From assembly GCF_009914755.1 (NCBI RefSeq), contig NC_060936.1: DNA of 64,000 nucleotides. One strand, given 5' to 3'. The DNA is from the human T2T-CHM13v2.0 reference genome, Homo sapiens. The notes beneath the pieces were generated by a model, which was not told where the DNA came from, ran no database searches, and worked only from the letters and a program-made list of their open reading frames with translations. The position numbers were made by a program, and so were the translations under genes. Below, piece by piece: positions 1 to 17,167 of this stretch; position 1 is the first letter of the stretch, and every line of letters begins with the position of its first letter.

Positions 1-548
1 AATATATAAATATTTATAAAAATATAAATATTTATATAAAATATAAAATATTTATTGCAAAAACTTTTTAATGATAAAAATATTGGAACCAGCATAAAGA
101 TGAGCTTACCAAAGTTATTTGCAGCTGTTAAAAATAGTGATATACGTGTGTTTAGAATGTATGTTAAATTCAAATTCAGATTGCAAAGCAGTATGCATTC
201 TATGGCCCTGACTACTTTGTGCTAATATGATTGTGATTATGGGCATTTTTGTTTACTTTTTAAAATCTTATGGGGGAAAAAAGCAGGAGTTATTTCTAGA
301 AGTATGAATCACTGAAACACAGTAATATTCCTTAAATTATACTTTTCTTAGGATAGCTGTAATTATATAAGATTTAGTCAAATCTTTAATTAGATGGTAG
401 GCTGATTGAGGGTAGGGATCCCTCAAGATTCTATTTGTCACCGTCAGAGCTCAGAATAATTCTGACTCATTCATAACATGAAGAGATCACCGTTGAACAC
501 AGTCCATAGGAAAGTAAGATCTCAGCATTAAAGAGATGCAGGTATGAG

Positions 549-656
549 TGTTAAAGAAGAGCAGGCCCTGGTCAGAGTATTCTCCAATTGACGTCAATCA
601 GTTCTCCACTTGATTGACCTGGAGAGTACTTTGACAGGGCCTGCTCTTCATTTACA
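549..656. repeat. Long imperfect inverted repeat (hairpin) containing CRE palindrome TGACGTCA (589-596)
   Basis: 549-586 is nearly the reverse complement of 620-656. Inner stem 593-601/610-618. Confidence 0.9.
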
Positions 657-1934
657 TAGGCTCGGTGCCTACCTTTTGCAGCTGAACAGGCTCGGCCCCA
701 GTTCTTGCTGGGTTCTAAGCTACAGTTTCAGGGAAAAGGCAGAAAGCCAAGATAGGGCAGGAATGGGATGAAAGGGGACTGGCCTGTTGGCTAGGTCAGC
801 AAATTTGTCTGTGATTTACAGCACTAAGCTCAGGATTTGACTTGATTAGAATTTGATTGCCTTTCATTTGATTCAAGTTGGAGCCACTGCTCCGGGCTGT
901 TCTATCTAGTGGATGGACCATAGAAGCAGGGATCTCATGACTTAGCAATATTAAAACCTCAGGCAGGTGGCTTGTTGGTCTGAGCAGCCTCTAAATTTGT
1001 ACAAAAGCCTGGTGGCTGGCTGGGTTGGTAAAAATGGCAGCTGTCCTGCATGCTGACATTGGGAGTTACTCTGCACTGCTGCAGGCTGTCCTGGCACACT
1101 GCAGGCCGGGCATCATTTCATGGTGGAGGACGTCACTCAGTTTTGCATGAGGCTCTTGCATCACATTTGTATTTAAGGAATTCACACCTTATTTTAGGGA
1201 AAACATCTGTTCCTTGGTTAAAACAGCATTGCACTTTTAACAGAGCGGCCACCTTTTTCCACATACGATAGGACAGGTTTTGGATATATGGAGTATTAAC
1301 TGAAAAGAGCACTATATATTTCATAGTTCTTTAAAGACCATTGATATGTAAATCAATGTGTAAGAAGATATCGTTTAAGAGGGGTTATGGCACATGGTGG
1401 AAGGAATGCTGCTTTGCATTTATCTGTGTGAAGTAATCTGCCTGTGCATCTGAAGAAACAGCAGGCCCCGCCGCAAGTGATGAAGCAGTTCTGTGGAGAA
1501 ACCCATTTACACCAGTTTCCAGATGCTATTCCACCAGAAATAATTCCAAGAATATACTTATATTTTAAATAAATGATAAAATCAATTTCCAGATGAAGTG
1601 TACATTACAAAGAGAAACTTGGTATTATTATGTATTAATCCATATTAACTAAAGTTGAACCTGACATCAAAATATTGATCCCTTCTTAAAATAGACAAAA
1701 ATACTTTAAGTTAAATTGTTTTTCTTCCTATTTGTGCTAGCCGGTGCTTAAAGTCTAATGATGTGATAATTGAATAGTAAAGGAATCTAAATCTCTACTT
1801 TCTTGATTCCCAGTGTGCTAACTTTACTAAAATTGTGGGAATAAGCAAAATATTTTTCATAGCAGTAATAAGGATTTTTAAAAATTATGTGACAATTGTG
1901 TATTAGACTGAAGTAATTAATACCTTTGTCACAG

Positions 1935-2248
<314 letters not shown>

Positions 2249-3359
2249 CTAAAGAGGATTTAAGGTGGAGGATTTCCTCGCAGTAGGTAAAGAAGCAAAG
2301 CCCTGTTTATTCAGAGCCTGAGCTCAGACTTGAATTTCTTTTTTAGACTTTCATTTTCTCCCTTTATGAAGTGGCAAAGTCAGTTAAGTATAGATGTGGC
2401 CGTCTATGTCCCTGAGCTTCTGGGTTCAATAATCAGCTCTGCGACTCCTCTTAAAGAATCCAGAGGATTTCCTGCCTGGACCTTGAAGTCACCTCCCCGC
2501 TACATATTTCCCAGCTCTGGTTTTCCACCTCCTCAGGATGAATGTCTTCTTGAATGTCCTCTGGAAGAGTGTCAGCTGCACTTAAACTTCCATCAAAAGG
2601 GGGACTCAGAGGCCTTAAAATAGGCATCAGGTACACATTCTATTTATGATTCTGGGATTAGGCCTATTTTTTGGCATTTCCTGTGGTCAAATTTTTAATT
2701 TCTGAACTTTATCGGATTTCCAAAGATACCGTCCCTTGGCTGTCTTCATTGATTTCTTCAAAGGATTTCCTCGGCAAAGTTACCCTAGTCTTAACTGGAA
2801 GAGCATGGCTCCCTTAAAGAGTCTAAAATAAGCCTTTTCCTTTAGTGACTCCCAGCTCTGGTCTTGTCAGGTTGCATTTTTCTCCTAACCTTCTTCTTTC
2901 CTAATCCTCACTCACTAATTCAAAAATGTTATTCTGCCTTCCAGAACATCACACTTTGTAAACATTTTGTTAATAATAAAAGCTAGCATTCCTTGAATAC
3001 TGGTTTTGTAAGCTAGATTATCTCATTTAACCCTGTGATGATGTTATTCATTAAGGAGCATTTGCTTTCTTAGGTCTGCAACATCAGTCACTCCTCGCCC
3101 ATCTGTATCCCAGCTTTTAACAGTTTGTTACTGCTCTTTCCTATCATATTCTCTTGTGGGCACCAAATTTTTTTTTTTAATTTTATTGTATCTTTAGAGG
3201 AGTTTTAGGGGAGAGTAAAAATAAATATATTTTTCAATCCATCTTTACCCAGAAATTGAAATATTACTTTTTATAGTAGAACCAGAAATTAACTTAAGAA
3301 TGTTTTTGGCATTTGGAGACATGCATACAAATACTAAAGAGGTGCTTATAAAAAAATTA

Positions 3360-3761
<402 letters not shown>

Positions 3762-4347
3762 CTAACATTTGAAATCATTAAAAGTTACTATCAGGAGCCT
3801 CTCATTTTATGCATATAAATGCAATAAAACAGCTGGTTATCTTATGCTCTATATGAAGGGTAATATTTTAAGTGCATTTTCAAATTCAGCTAAGCTAGTG
3901 ATTCTATCAGAAAATATCATTTTTCACTCACTGGCTTTTGAAACATAATTAGATTTTCTGAGCAACTGTTGCTTATAATTGGAATTTGCTTATTATAATT
4001 TTAACAGAGAAAAACACTGACCTATGTAATTTTAGTGCAATTAAATTTTTCTCCTTATGCCTGTGTGTACCTCATCAATTCAGCAAAAGCAAAACCTGAT
4101 CTAGAAGTCCCTGTGCAGCAGATTGCAGGGAAAGAAGCAGTCAGCTGATTTGTCTGGGCCATAAAACCGTGGTGTCTGGCAGAATTGTGATAGTAATTGC
4201 TCTAAGATGCATTCTGTTTACAAAGACTAACATTGCAGCTGCTTTTAATTAGCTGCTAGAAATGAAAAACTGTCAGGGTATGCTTGTTAGATCTACCTGA
4301 ATTTATTCCATTGCAAATAAAGCAGAATTTAAAGAATATCAATGTAA

Positions 4348-4945
<598 letters not shown>

Positions 4946-5096
4946 TAATGGTAGTATTTTTATTTATAAAAGTATGAGAAATTGCTTTGAGAAAATCAAA
5001 GGGTTAGAAATAAAAGAAAATTAAAAGCATTGTTACAATTTATCATGAAATTTAGTGAGTATTACAGAGCTTTGTACACTGGGTTAGAAAATTTGT

Positions 5097-5111
5097 GTTT
5101 TTTTCTTTTTC

Positions 5112-5144
<33 letters not shown>

Positions 5145-5437
5145 TTTAAAAGAGATAGTGTCTTGCTCTGTTGACAAGGCTGGAATGCAGTGGTGTGATC
5201 ACAGATCACTGCAGCCTTGACCTAGACTCGAGCAATCCTTCCACCTCAGCCTCCAGACTAGCTGGAACTACAGGTGTGCACCAGTGCACTCAGCTCATTG
5301 TTTTATTTTTTAAATGTTTTGTAGAGACGGAGTCTTGCTTTGTTGCCCAGGCTGGTCTCAAAGTCCTGGCCTCAAGTGATCCTCCCTTCTCGGCCTCCCA
5401 AATCCTGGGATTACAGGGGTGAGCCACCACACCTGGT
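5097..5437 (-). mobile_element. Alu (AluJ-like)
   Basis: Diverged antisense Alu. Confidence 0.9.
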
Positions 5438-5502
5438 CTTAGGTTTCTTAATTTTATTTCTCTGTGTTTCTACAGGCTTTTAGGCCATTTTACTAATAAT
5501 TA

Positions 5503-5803
5503 CTTTTTTTTTTTTTTTTTTAGTTTTTTTGAGACAGAGTCTTGCTCTGTCACCAGGCTGGAGTGCAGTGGTGCGATCTTGGCTCATTGCAACCGCTGGT
5601 TCAAGCGATTCTCCTGCCTCAGCCTCCCTAGTAGCTGAGATTACAGGCACGCGCGCCATCACGCCCAGCTAATTTTTGTATTTTTAGTAGAGACAGGGTT
5701 TCACCATGTTGGCCAGGCTGGTCTTGAACTCCTGACCTTGTGATCTGCCCACCTCGGCCTCCCAAAGTGCTGGCATTATAGGCGTGAGCCACTGTTCCCA
5801 GCC
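5503..5803 (-). mobile_element. Alu
   Basis: Antisense Alu. Confidence 0.95.
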
Positions 5804-5842
5804 TGCTAATAGCTTTTAAAAAGGAATATTGATTTTCATAGT

Positions 5843-6330
5843 TGTGTGGCAGACACAGCTGACACCACTAGCTAACTTAAGCATACTCTGAGAATGACCT
5901 TGCATGGCAGATGCACCTGACACAAAATTTAAGCATAACCTGAGGATGACCCTGTAGCCTAAGAAGAATGTGTATTCAGAGTTCCCAGCTAATAAATCCA
6001 GGAAGGCCAACTGGGAGAGTCATTCCTTATCTGTGAGTAACATCTGAACCCTCAGCCCATCCTGTGGAACACAGGCCATATAGGGGATTGAGGCCCTTTG
6101 TTTTGGGTTAGATAGAGGTTGCTAGGGGGAGGGTGCTAAGCAAGAATGCTGTATAAACTGCATGCTTTTTACAAGCAGTTGCCATTGTCTAGTCCAGCCC
6201 GTCACCACTGGACCACCCTGTATGTAAATCCTCTCAGTAAACCTTGTCTCATTTACTGGCTCCAGGTCTCTTTGAAAGCCTCTCAAACATGGCGCCATCC
6301 CTATTGCAGCCATTAGAGTCCGGCGTGGCA
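5843..6330 (+). mobile_element. Solo LTR (LTR47-like) with internal ~60-bp tandem duplication
   Basis: TG..CA ends, TATA-like tataaac, agtaaa poly(A)-like signal. Homologous to 25677-26079. Confidence 0.75.
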
Positions 6331-6490
6331 GTGGTCAGGACTGTTGAAGAAGGCTGAGAATTTAGGGCACTGTGAAGTGTTTAATCATTTATCAAGGTAT
6401 CAATTTAGTGTCTCTCAAGGAAAAAACATATTTGTTGATTTGATTTCATGCCAACACTGATGTTTTTTGCTACTCTATGGCCTTGAATAG

Positions 6491-6823
<333 letters not shown>

Positions 6824-7577
6824 AAAATAATTGTTTTCTATCCTTAGTGAAGAGCTAAAGAGAATTTCCTTAGAATAACAGCAAAGGAACTTAAAGTGTT
6901 CAGAAAAACAAAGTGAGGATGGTAGGAATCCTTTCGCCTGAAACTTTGGAAAAAGGTGGACGAATTACAACTAAGTCATCTTTTAGCTTTGCTTTCTTGA
7001 TCTTCCTTCAAAGTTTATGATACCTAAATTCTCTCTTCAACTCATAAAATGTGTTTTATGGTTTAATAGAAAAGCTATAAGCACATGACAAAATTAGTTC
7101 TTATTAGCTATATGCCTACAGAACCAATTTTGTGGTTTTCAATATGATATGTTCAATTCCAGAAGGTGTTTTATAAATCAGTTGGTAGGAACCTGTTTTA
7201 TGTGTAAGCTGTGTCCAGATGGATGTTTCTTTACCCTTTTATGTACCTGGACCAATAGTACCAGAAACCATGGGAGCATAACCACCCCACAAGAACTCCA
7301 CCCCTGCCACAGCCTTCACTATTTGGCAGGGGAAGCAGAGACTCTGCCATCTTCAAGCCACTGGTAGAGCCCCTTTCACATGACCTGGGAGGTAATTTCA
7401 CAAGCAAAGAAGTCTAAAGGAAAGGTTGTACCTAATTTAAATTATTGCTTTTGTCATATTCTCTACCACTCACAGGAATGTTTTATTATTAATCACAAAT
7501 CATAAGCAATTTATACTCTTGATTATTTCAAAAGAGCCACATCCACTGCTATGGTTTTGAAATTATTACATTATACA

Positions 7578-7900
7578 TTATTAGTCAGCTTAGACTAAAT
7601 TATGCTGTGGTAACAAACCCCAAAATTTCAAGGGCTTACAACAATAAAGGTTTGTCTTTCATGCTGTACATTCATTGCAGGTAACTAAGACACTATTCCA
7701 TGTCACTGTCATTCTGAGATATGGGCTGAAGGAACATCCTCTCCCTGAGGCTTTGCTAGTGTTTCAGTAGACAGAAAAAGAACGCAATGGGAACACACAC
7801 AATGGTTCTTAAAGCTTCAGCTTCAAAGCAGCACATGTCATGGCACTCACACTTTACAAAGCAAGTCAGACGGCTGCTCTGGGGACCTGCAGTCGTGCAG
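7578..7900 (-). mobile_element. MaLR LTR (MLT1) remnant
   Basis: tattagtcagc..tatgctgtggtaacaaaccccaaaat..aacaataaaggttt, an MLT1 end motif. Confidence 0.6.
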
Positions 7901-8069
7901 GAGAGGGGCTCCCAAATCAGACAGCCACTCCTGGCATCAATGACGCAGGGATCTATAGTCCTTTTATGCTGAGGGGTGGTGAATCCACCACAGTTAACAA
8001 AATCTTGAGACTTGCCATAAACAAATTCTCATCTGTTTGTGTGATGAGGTCCAGATGATGGCCCACTTC

Positions 8070-8432
8070 AGTAGCAAAGACAGTGCACTGTGCTCACCAC
8101 GCCATTTCATCTTTTCCCTGGGTTGATAGGAAGATGGCCTTCTCAACCCCTTTGCATCTGTGTGGGGCCAGGAGACTAAACACCGCCAGTTGATTATGAG
8201 GAGGAATGACGTGTGGCACTTCCAGACCTAGCTCACAAACGTGGCAAAATCCACTCTCCCCCAACTCCTTGAGCCTGTCTCTCCAAATTGCTGCATAGAG
8301 GCAATGTTTCCAGGAGAACCTCACCTGGCCAGAAACATCTGCCTTGAACATGGTTAGAACAAATGAAACTTTTTTGTATTAAAACACTTGAGATTCTGTG
8401 GCTCTTCGTTACTGTGTTACCCTATCCTGACC
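8070..8432 (+). mobile_element. MaLR LTR (MLT1) remnant
   Basis: Ends ..ttgtattaaaac..gagatt..ttgttac..ccctatcctgac, typical of MLT1 3' ends. Confidence 0.55.
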
Positions 8433-9142
8433 TTGCTTTGTGGTTTATTTAATGATGCACATTTACTAGAGTGGTGTACATTCAATAGTGAGGTGGCCAC
8501 ATACAACATACCCCTAAAACATTGCTGAAAGTACACAGCCATTTCTACTATAAAAATATAAGTATATGAGTGAAGAACTGATTTTTGAATTTTGCTTTAA
8601 TTAATTTAAATTTAAGTGGTCACATGTGGGTAGTGGCCACCGTATTGGACCACAGAACCTTAAGCAGTAGGAAGCTTTTTGCTACGTGATGTATTATAAA
8701 TCTTTCCACTGTCTCAGCAATCTAAACATAAAACCAACATGTCTAAATTTCACACTTTCTAGATGATGAAGAGTCATAAAATGAACAGAAAGTCTTTATA
8801 TGGTGTTTCAGGGGGACAGTTGTGACATTGGAGTGCTGGTCAAAGTTCTTTATTATTTTTTATTTGTTTCCAAATATGGAGTGCAGAAAACCAAATGGTG
8901 GAATGGACATTTTTGCCAAAGTATAATTGTGGTCTTTAATGATGTAAAATAAAATACCATATTCATTTCTGAATTTTTTTCATCGTGAAGTGTGTGAGAT
9001 GTGACTTGACAACTTTGCAAATGTCGTGCCTCTGCTTAAATCTCTGCATTATATTTATGGAAATGTTTGAGATCCTGGAAACCATTTAGAGGTGTTATAA
9101 AATACTTTATTTCTTGAGGTCCAAAAGACTTCAAAATAGGGG

Positions 9143-9315
9143 CTGAGTGATATAATGGAAAGAACACTGGATTAGGAGCCAGAATATCTGGGTTATGTTG
9201 CCTGCTCTCTCACTAACTGGCTCAGTGAATTTGGGCAGGTTATTTGAACTCTCTGGATCTCGGTTTCTTCTATGGTGAGTTTATGGGCTTAGATTAATCA
9301 CCCACCTCTAAAATT
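9143..9315 (+). mobile_element. MIR remnant
   Basis: aatggaaagaacactggattaggagccaga..ttgggcaggttatttgaactctctgg. Confidence 0.7.
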
Positions 9316-9629
9316 CCAGGTCTTTTCTTTTTTCTGACTTTAGGTCAGGTCTTTTCTTGTGAAGTATTAAAACTGAGCCCACCCATGTCAATATAACTTA
9401 ACTCTTTGTTCCACGAAATTCGTGCCCAGGAAGATAAGACAGTAAATTAATAAATAAATTCACTGTTTGCTTTAGGAAAGTCTTGCAAATCAATTTATCA
9501 GGACAAACAGTTTGCTCATCTGGGCAAACAGTTGTCTTATTAAAACAATATATTGCTCACCTGGGCAAACAGCTTGACAAGTTTGTGAAAGAATGTCACT
9601 ATGCATTGTGGTTTTGAAAATGAATCTAT

Positions 9630-9935
9630 GGGCTGGGCGCGGTGGCTCACGTCTGTAATCTCAGCACTTTGGGAGGCCGAGGCGGGCAGATCACAAGGTC
9701 AGGAGTTGGAGACCAGCCTGACCAACATGGTGAAACCCCGTCTGTACTAAAAATACAAAAATTATTCGGGCGTGGTGGCGCGCTCCTATAATCCCAGCTA
9801 CTCAGGAGGCTGAGGCATGAAAATCGCTTGAACCTGGGAGGCGGAGGTTGCAGTGAGCCAAGATTGTGCCCCCGCACTCCAGCCTGGGCAACAGAGCGAG
9901 ACTCCATATCAAAAAAAAGGAAAAAGAAAAAAGAA
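9630..9935 (+). mobile_element. Alu
   Basis: TSD gaaaatga(a/t)tctatg. Confidence 0.95.
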
Positions 9936-9939
9936 AATG

Positions 9940-10110
9940 ATTCTATGGAAACAGTAGACACTGGGGACTCCAAAAGAAGGACAAAGATGTAAGAACTACC
10001 TATTGGGTACTATGTTTATTATTTGGGTAAGGAATTCAGCAGGAACCCAAACCTCCCACATCACACAATATATCCATCTAACAAACCTGCACATGTACCC
10101 CTGAATCTAA
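9940..10110 (+). mobile_element. L1 3'UTR fragment (L1PB/old L1PA)
   Basis: agacactggggactcc..acctattgggtactatg..aacctgcacatgtacccctgaatct. Confidence 0.75.
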
Positions 10111-10112
10111 AT

Positions 10113-10504
<392 letters not shown>

Positions 10505-10808
10505 TAACTGGGAGTAGAATATCTTAGTATGTAAGTCTAGGTATTTTTCCAACTAGCACAACACTTCAGATAGTTTATATATTGGTGAGATTAATTACAA
10601 GATTAGTGAGCACATCATAGACATTGAGTTAATTATGACAAGGTGAATGAACAAAACCAATTTTCTGTGTCAAACGTAGTTTACAACTTTATGTAAACAT
10701 TTATCGTATACATTGTAAGAAATTCAGTTTTCTGTAAAAAAATACGTAGTCTTAAGTTTACAATTCAAAACCCATAGAGGTTCCCTGACATTACTTGCCA
10801 ACATTTAA

Positions 10809-11185
<377 letters not shown>

Positions 11186-11926
11186 GCATCCTGAATTCTT
11201 AAATAACCAGTACCAAAGTTATTTTTCTTGAACCTTCTCACTAAGTATCTTTATCGCACATGAGTTCTCTCTTTAATTTTAACTAAGGCCTAATTAAAAT
11301 ATTTTCAAATTTATAATTTTTATTTTCTCATGAAGCCTGATAGGAAAAGCTTTGCCCTTAGGCTCATAGTTTTACCTGAGGAAATTCAACAATGGATCTG
11401 AAAGCAGCTTATTGAGGACATGCAGTTAGAACTTAAGAAGAATGTGCCTTTAAGGAGGAATAACCCTGAGAAATAGTTCCATGACATTTAAATTCTATTG
11501 CTCTGACAGAGCCATTCTGACAGGTTTTAAGTTTCAAAGTTATCAGACAATGTGCAGACAACCTCACCATCTCCTGAGCTTCACCTCACTGTTAACCAGC
11601 CTATGGTAATGTCTTTCTCTTTTTCTCCTCCTCTTCCTCCTACTCCCTATCCTTGCCCTGTCAATATTGGATATAATGGCAGGTCAGAAATGGGGTGAGG
11701 CATGAGGTGAAAACCAAAGAGAACTGTGCAGAAGGTTAAGGGTTAAATAACATCAGGCAAACCAGCCAAGTATAACTAGACATTAGAAGTTCAGCTCTAG
11801 TATAAAAGTTAAAAGACAAAAGTATTAAAAATCACTATACCTGCATAATTTGTTGATGAATACACAGTATAAAAAGGTGTAAAGTGTGACATCAACACCA
11901 TAGAATGGTGGGTGGGGGATAAGTAA

Positions 11927-12282
<356 letters not shown>

Positions 12283-13802
12283 TAAACAGAATGTTTTGTT
12301 TTATGTAAGGTCCATGGTAACCCCAAAGAACCTACCTTTAGTAGAAACACAGAAGATAAAGAAATGAATCAAAGCATACCACTACAAAAAAAAATTTAAA
12401 GTCACAAAGCAAGACTGTAAGAGAGGAAGAAAGGAACAAATGAACTGCAAAACAAAACAAAATAGTTAAGCCCTTAACTCTCAATAATTAGTTTAAATGT
12501 AAATGGATTGAATTCCCCAACCAAAGATAAACAGTGGCCAAATGGATTAAAAGAAAACCCAAGATCTAACAATATTCGTGTGTACAAGAAATTCACTTTA
12601 GACTTAAGGACATACATAGGCTGAAAGTAAAGGGATGGAAGAAAATATTCCACGCAAATAGTAATCAAAAGAGAGCAGGAGTGGCTTTATTTATATCAGA
12701 CTAAATAGACTTTCAGTCAAAATCTGTCACAGAAGACAAAGAAGATCACTATATAATAATAAAGAGGTCAGTTCATCAAGAGGATATAACAATTATAAAT
12801 ATATGTGCACCCCACATTGAAGCATCTAAATACATAAAGCACATATTAACAGAGCTGAAGGGAAAAACAGACATCAATACAACAATAGCAGGATGCCTCA
12901 GTACCCCTTTCAACAGTGGGTAGATTATCCAGACAGAAAATCAATGAGGAAACAGTGGCCTGAATAACATTATAGACCAAGTGGACCTAACAGACATACA
13001 CAGACCATCTCATCCAATAGCAGCAGAATACACGTTTTTCTCAAGGACGCTTGGAACATTCACAAGGGCTAGATTATATGTTGGGCCACAAAACAAGACT
13101 TAACAAATTTAAGAAGATTGGAATCATCTCCAGTACCTTTTCTGATCATAATAACATTAGAAATTAATAACAGGAATTATGAAAAATGGACATATGTAGA
13201 CATTAAGCACACACTCCTGAACAACTACTTGGTTGAAGAAGAAATCAAAAGAGAGATTAGGAAGTATCTTGAGGCAAATGCAAATGGATACACAACATAC
13301 CAAAAGTTACAGGATGCAGCAAAAGCAATTCTAAGAGGGAAGTTTAGAGGGATAAAGGCCTACATTCGGAAGAAAGATCTTAAACAACCTAATTTCACAC
13401 CCCAAGGAACTAGAAAAAGAAGAACAAACTAAGCCCAAAGTCAGCAGAAGGAGACAAAGATTGGAGCAAAAAGAAGCTAAGGAGACAGTAGAAAAGATCA
13501 ACAAAACTGAGATTTGTTTTTTGAAGAGAAACAAAATTGACAAATCCTTTATCTAGCTTTACCAAGAAAAAAAGAGAGAACTCAAATAAATGAAATTATA
13601 AATGAAAGAAGAGATACAGGCATACCTTGGTTTATTGCACTTTATTGTACTTTGCAGATATTGCATTTTTTACAAATTGAAGGTTTGTGGCAACCCTGCA
13701 TGGAGCAAGTCTGTTGGCAACGTTTTTCCCGCATGTGCTCACTCTGTGTCTCTGTGTCCCATTTTGGTAATTCACACAATATATCAAAGTTTTTCATTAT
13801 TG

Positions 13803-13955
13803 TATTATATATATAATATTATGTATATATAATATGTAATATATATAATACGTATATAATATATAATATATGTTATATATTATATGTTATATGCAATATA
13901 TGTTATATATAATATATATTATATATAATACATATATATTATGATATTATTATAT
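13803..13955. repeat. Degenerate (TA)n low-complexity tract
   Basis: Directly visible. Confidence 0.9.
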
Positions 13956-14388
13956 CACAATGCTGATTGTGATCAGTGATCTTTGATGTTACAATAGTAA
14001 TTGCTTTGGGGTATCACAGACTGTCCCCATGTAAGAAGGTGAATTTAATCAATAGATATCATGTGGTCTCTGACTACTACAGTGTGGGCTCTGCTACTGT
14101 TCTGACTGGCCTTTCCCTCTCATTGAGCCTCCCTATTCCCTGAGACACAACAGTATTGAGATTAAACCAATTAATAACCCTATAATGGCCTCTAATTGTT
14201 CAAGTGAAAGGAAGAGTTACACATCTCTCACTTTAAATCGAAATGTAGAAATGATTAAGCTTAGTGAAGAAGGCATATTGAAAGCCCAGATAGGCCTATT
14301 GTGTCAAACAGTCAAGTTGTGAAGGCCAAGAAACGTTCTTGAAGGAAATTAAAAGTGCTATTCCAGTGAACACACAAAAGATAAAGCA

Positions 14389-14804
<416 letters not shown>

Positions 14805-16842
14805 TTAAGCCAAAGCTTAATCCAGAGCAAGGTCTTTCTTCAGTTCTATGAAGACTGAGAGAGGCAGTGCTATGGAAGGAGAGTTTGGTACTAGCAGAGA
14901 CTGGTTCATGAGATTTAAGGAAAGAAGCCATTTCCATTACATAAAAGTGCAAATAAGCAGCAAATGCTGATGTAGGGGCCGCAGCAAGTCATCCAGAAGA
15001 TCTAGCTAAGATTATTAGTAAAGGTGGATGATTTTGAGGGGTTCAAGACTTCAGTGGAGGAAGGAACTGCAGATGTGGTGGAAACAGCAAGAGAGCTAGA
15101 ATTAGAAGTGAAGCCTGAAGATGTGACTGAATTGCTGCAATCTGAGGATAAAATGTGAATGAATGAGTACTTGTTTCTTATGGATGAACATCCTTCTTAA
15201 AGATGGAATCTACTCCTGGTGAAGATGCTGTGGATATTGTTGAAGTGACAACAAAAGATGTAGAATATTTCACAAACTTAGTTGATAACCAGTGGCAGAA
15301 TTTGAGAGGATTGACTCCAATTTTGAAAAAAGTTCTACTGTGGGTAAAATGCTGCCAGACAGTATTGCCTATTACAGAGAAATCTTTCACGAAAGGAACA
15401 GTTGATCAATGCATTAAACTTGTCTTATTTTAAGAAATTGCCACAGCCACCCCAACCTTCAACAACCACCAACCTGATCAGTCAGCAGGCCTCAGTAATG
15501 AGACAAGACCTTCTACCAGCAAAAAAGATTGTGACTCACTGAAGACTTAGATGATCATTATCATTTTTTAGCAATAAAGTATTTTTAAGGTATGTACATT
15601 GTTGTTTTAGACATAATGGTATTATTGCACATTACTAGACTACAGTATAGTGTCAACATAACTTTCATATGCACTGGGAAACCAAAAAATGGATGTGACT
15701 TGTTTTATTGTGGTATTTGCTCTGTTGTGGTGGTTTGGAACTGGACCTGCAATGTATCAGAGGTATACCTGTATTATAGCTAATACCAAATAAATAGAAT
15801 CATAAGAGACTACTGTGAATAATTGTATGCCTACAAATTGGATAACCTGGAAGAAATGGATCAATTCCTAGAAACATACAACCTACAAAGATTGAATCAT
15901 AAAAAAACTAGAAAATATAAACGACCAAATAAGTAAGGAGATTAAATGAGTCATCAAAAACCTCCAGCAAAGAAAAACCCCAAACTAGATGGCTTCTTTG
16001 GTGAGTTCTACTATGCGTTTAAATAAGAATTAACACCAATCCTTCTCAAACTCTTCCAAGAAATTCGAGAGGAGGGAACACTTCCAAATTCATTTTATGA
16101 GGCCAGCAACACCCTCATACCAAAGCCAGATAAGGACACTACAAGAAAATTCCAGATCAGTATCACTGATGAACATAGATGCAAAAGTTCTCAACAAAAT
16201 ACCAGCGAACCTAATTCAACAGCACACTAAAAACATCATACACCATAATCAATGAAATGTATCTCTGAGATGCAAGGATGGTTCAAATATATGCAAATTA
16301 GTAAATGTGATATACCACATTAACAGGATGAGGGATAAAAATCACATGATCATCTCAATAGTTGCAGAAAAAGTATTTGACAATATTCAACATCCTTTCA
16401 TGATTAAAAACTATTAACAAATCAGATACAGAAGGAATATACCTCAACATAATAAAGGCCATATATGACAAGCTCACAACTAACATCCTACTCAATGGTG
16501 AAAAGCTAAAAGCTTTTCCTCTAAAACCAAGAACAAGAGAAGGATGCCCACACTCACCACTTCTGTTATACATAGTACTAGAAGTCCTAGCTAGAGCAAT
16601 TAGGCAAGAAAAAGAAACAAAAGACATCCAAATTAGGGAAAGCTAAATAGTCTCTTTTTGCAGATGTCATGATCTTATATATTAACCCTAAAGATTCCAC
16701 AGTTAGAACTAATAAATGAATTCAGTAAAGTTGCAGGATACAAAATTAACATACAAATATTAGTTGCATTTCTGTATACTGACAACTAACCAGAAATTAA
16801 GAAAACAATCCTATTTACAATAGCATCAGAAAGAATAAAATA

Positions 16843-17167
16843 GGCCAGGCGTGGTGGCTCATGCCTGTAATCCCAACATTTTGGGAGGCCGAGGGGGGTG
16901 GATCACATGAGGTTGGGATTTTGAGACCAGCCTGACCAACAGGGAGAAACCCCATCTCTACTAAAAATACAAAAAATTAGCCGGGCGTGGTGGCGCATGC
17001 CTGTAATCCCAGCTACTCAGGAGGCTGAGGTAGGAGAATCGCTTGAACCGGGAGGTGGACGTTGCGGTGAGCCGAGATCATGCCATTGCACTCCCGCCTG
17101 GGCAACAAGAGCAAAACTCCATCCCAAAAAATAAAATAAAACAAAATAAAATGAAATAAAATAAAAT
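16843..17167 (+). mobile_element. Alu
   Basis: Full Alu, (AAAAT)n tail. Confidence 0.95.

Noticed and set aside
1-56. AT-rich repeated motif at the window start
   Set aside because: Low-complexity tract truncated by the window edge.
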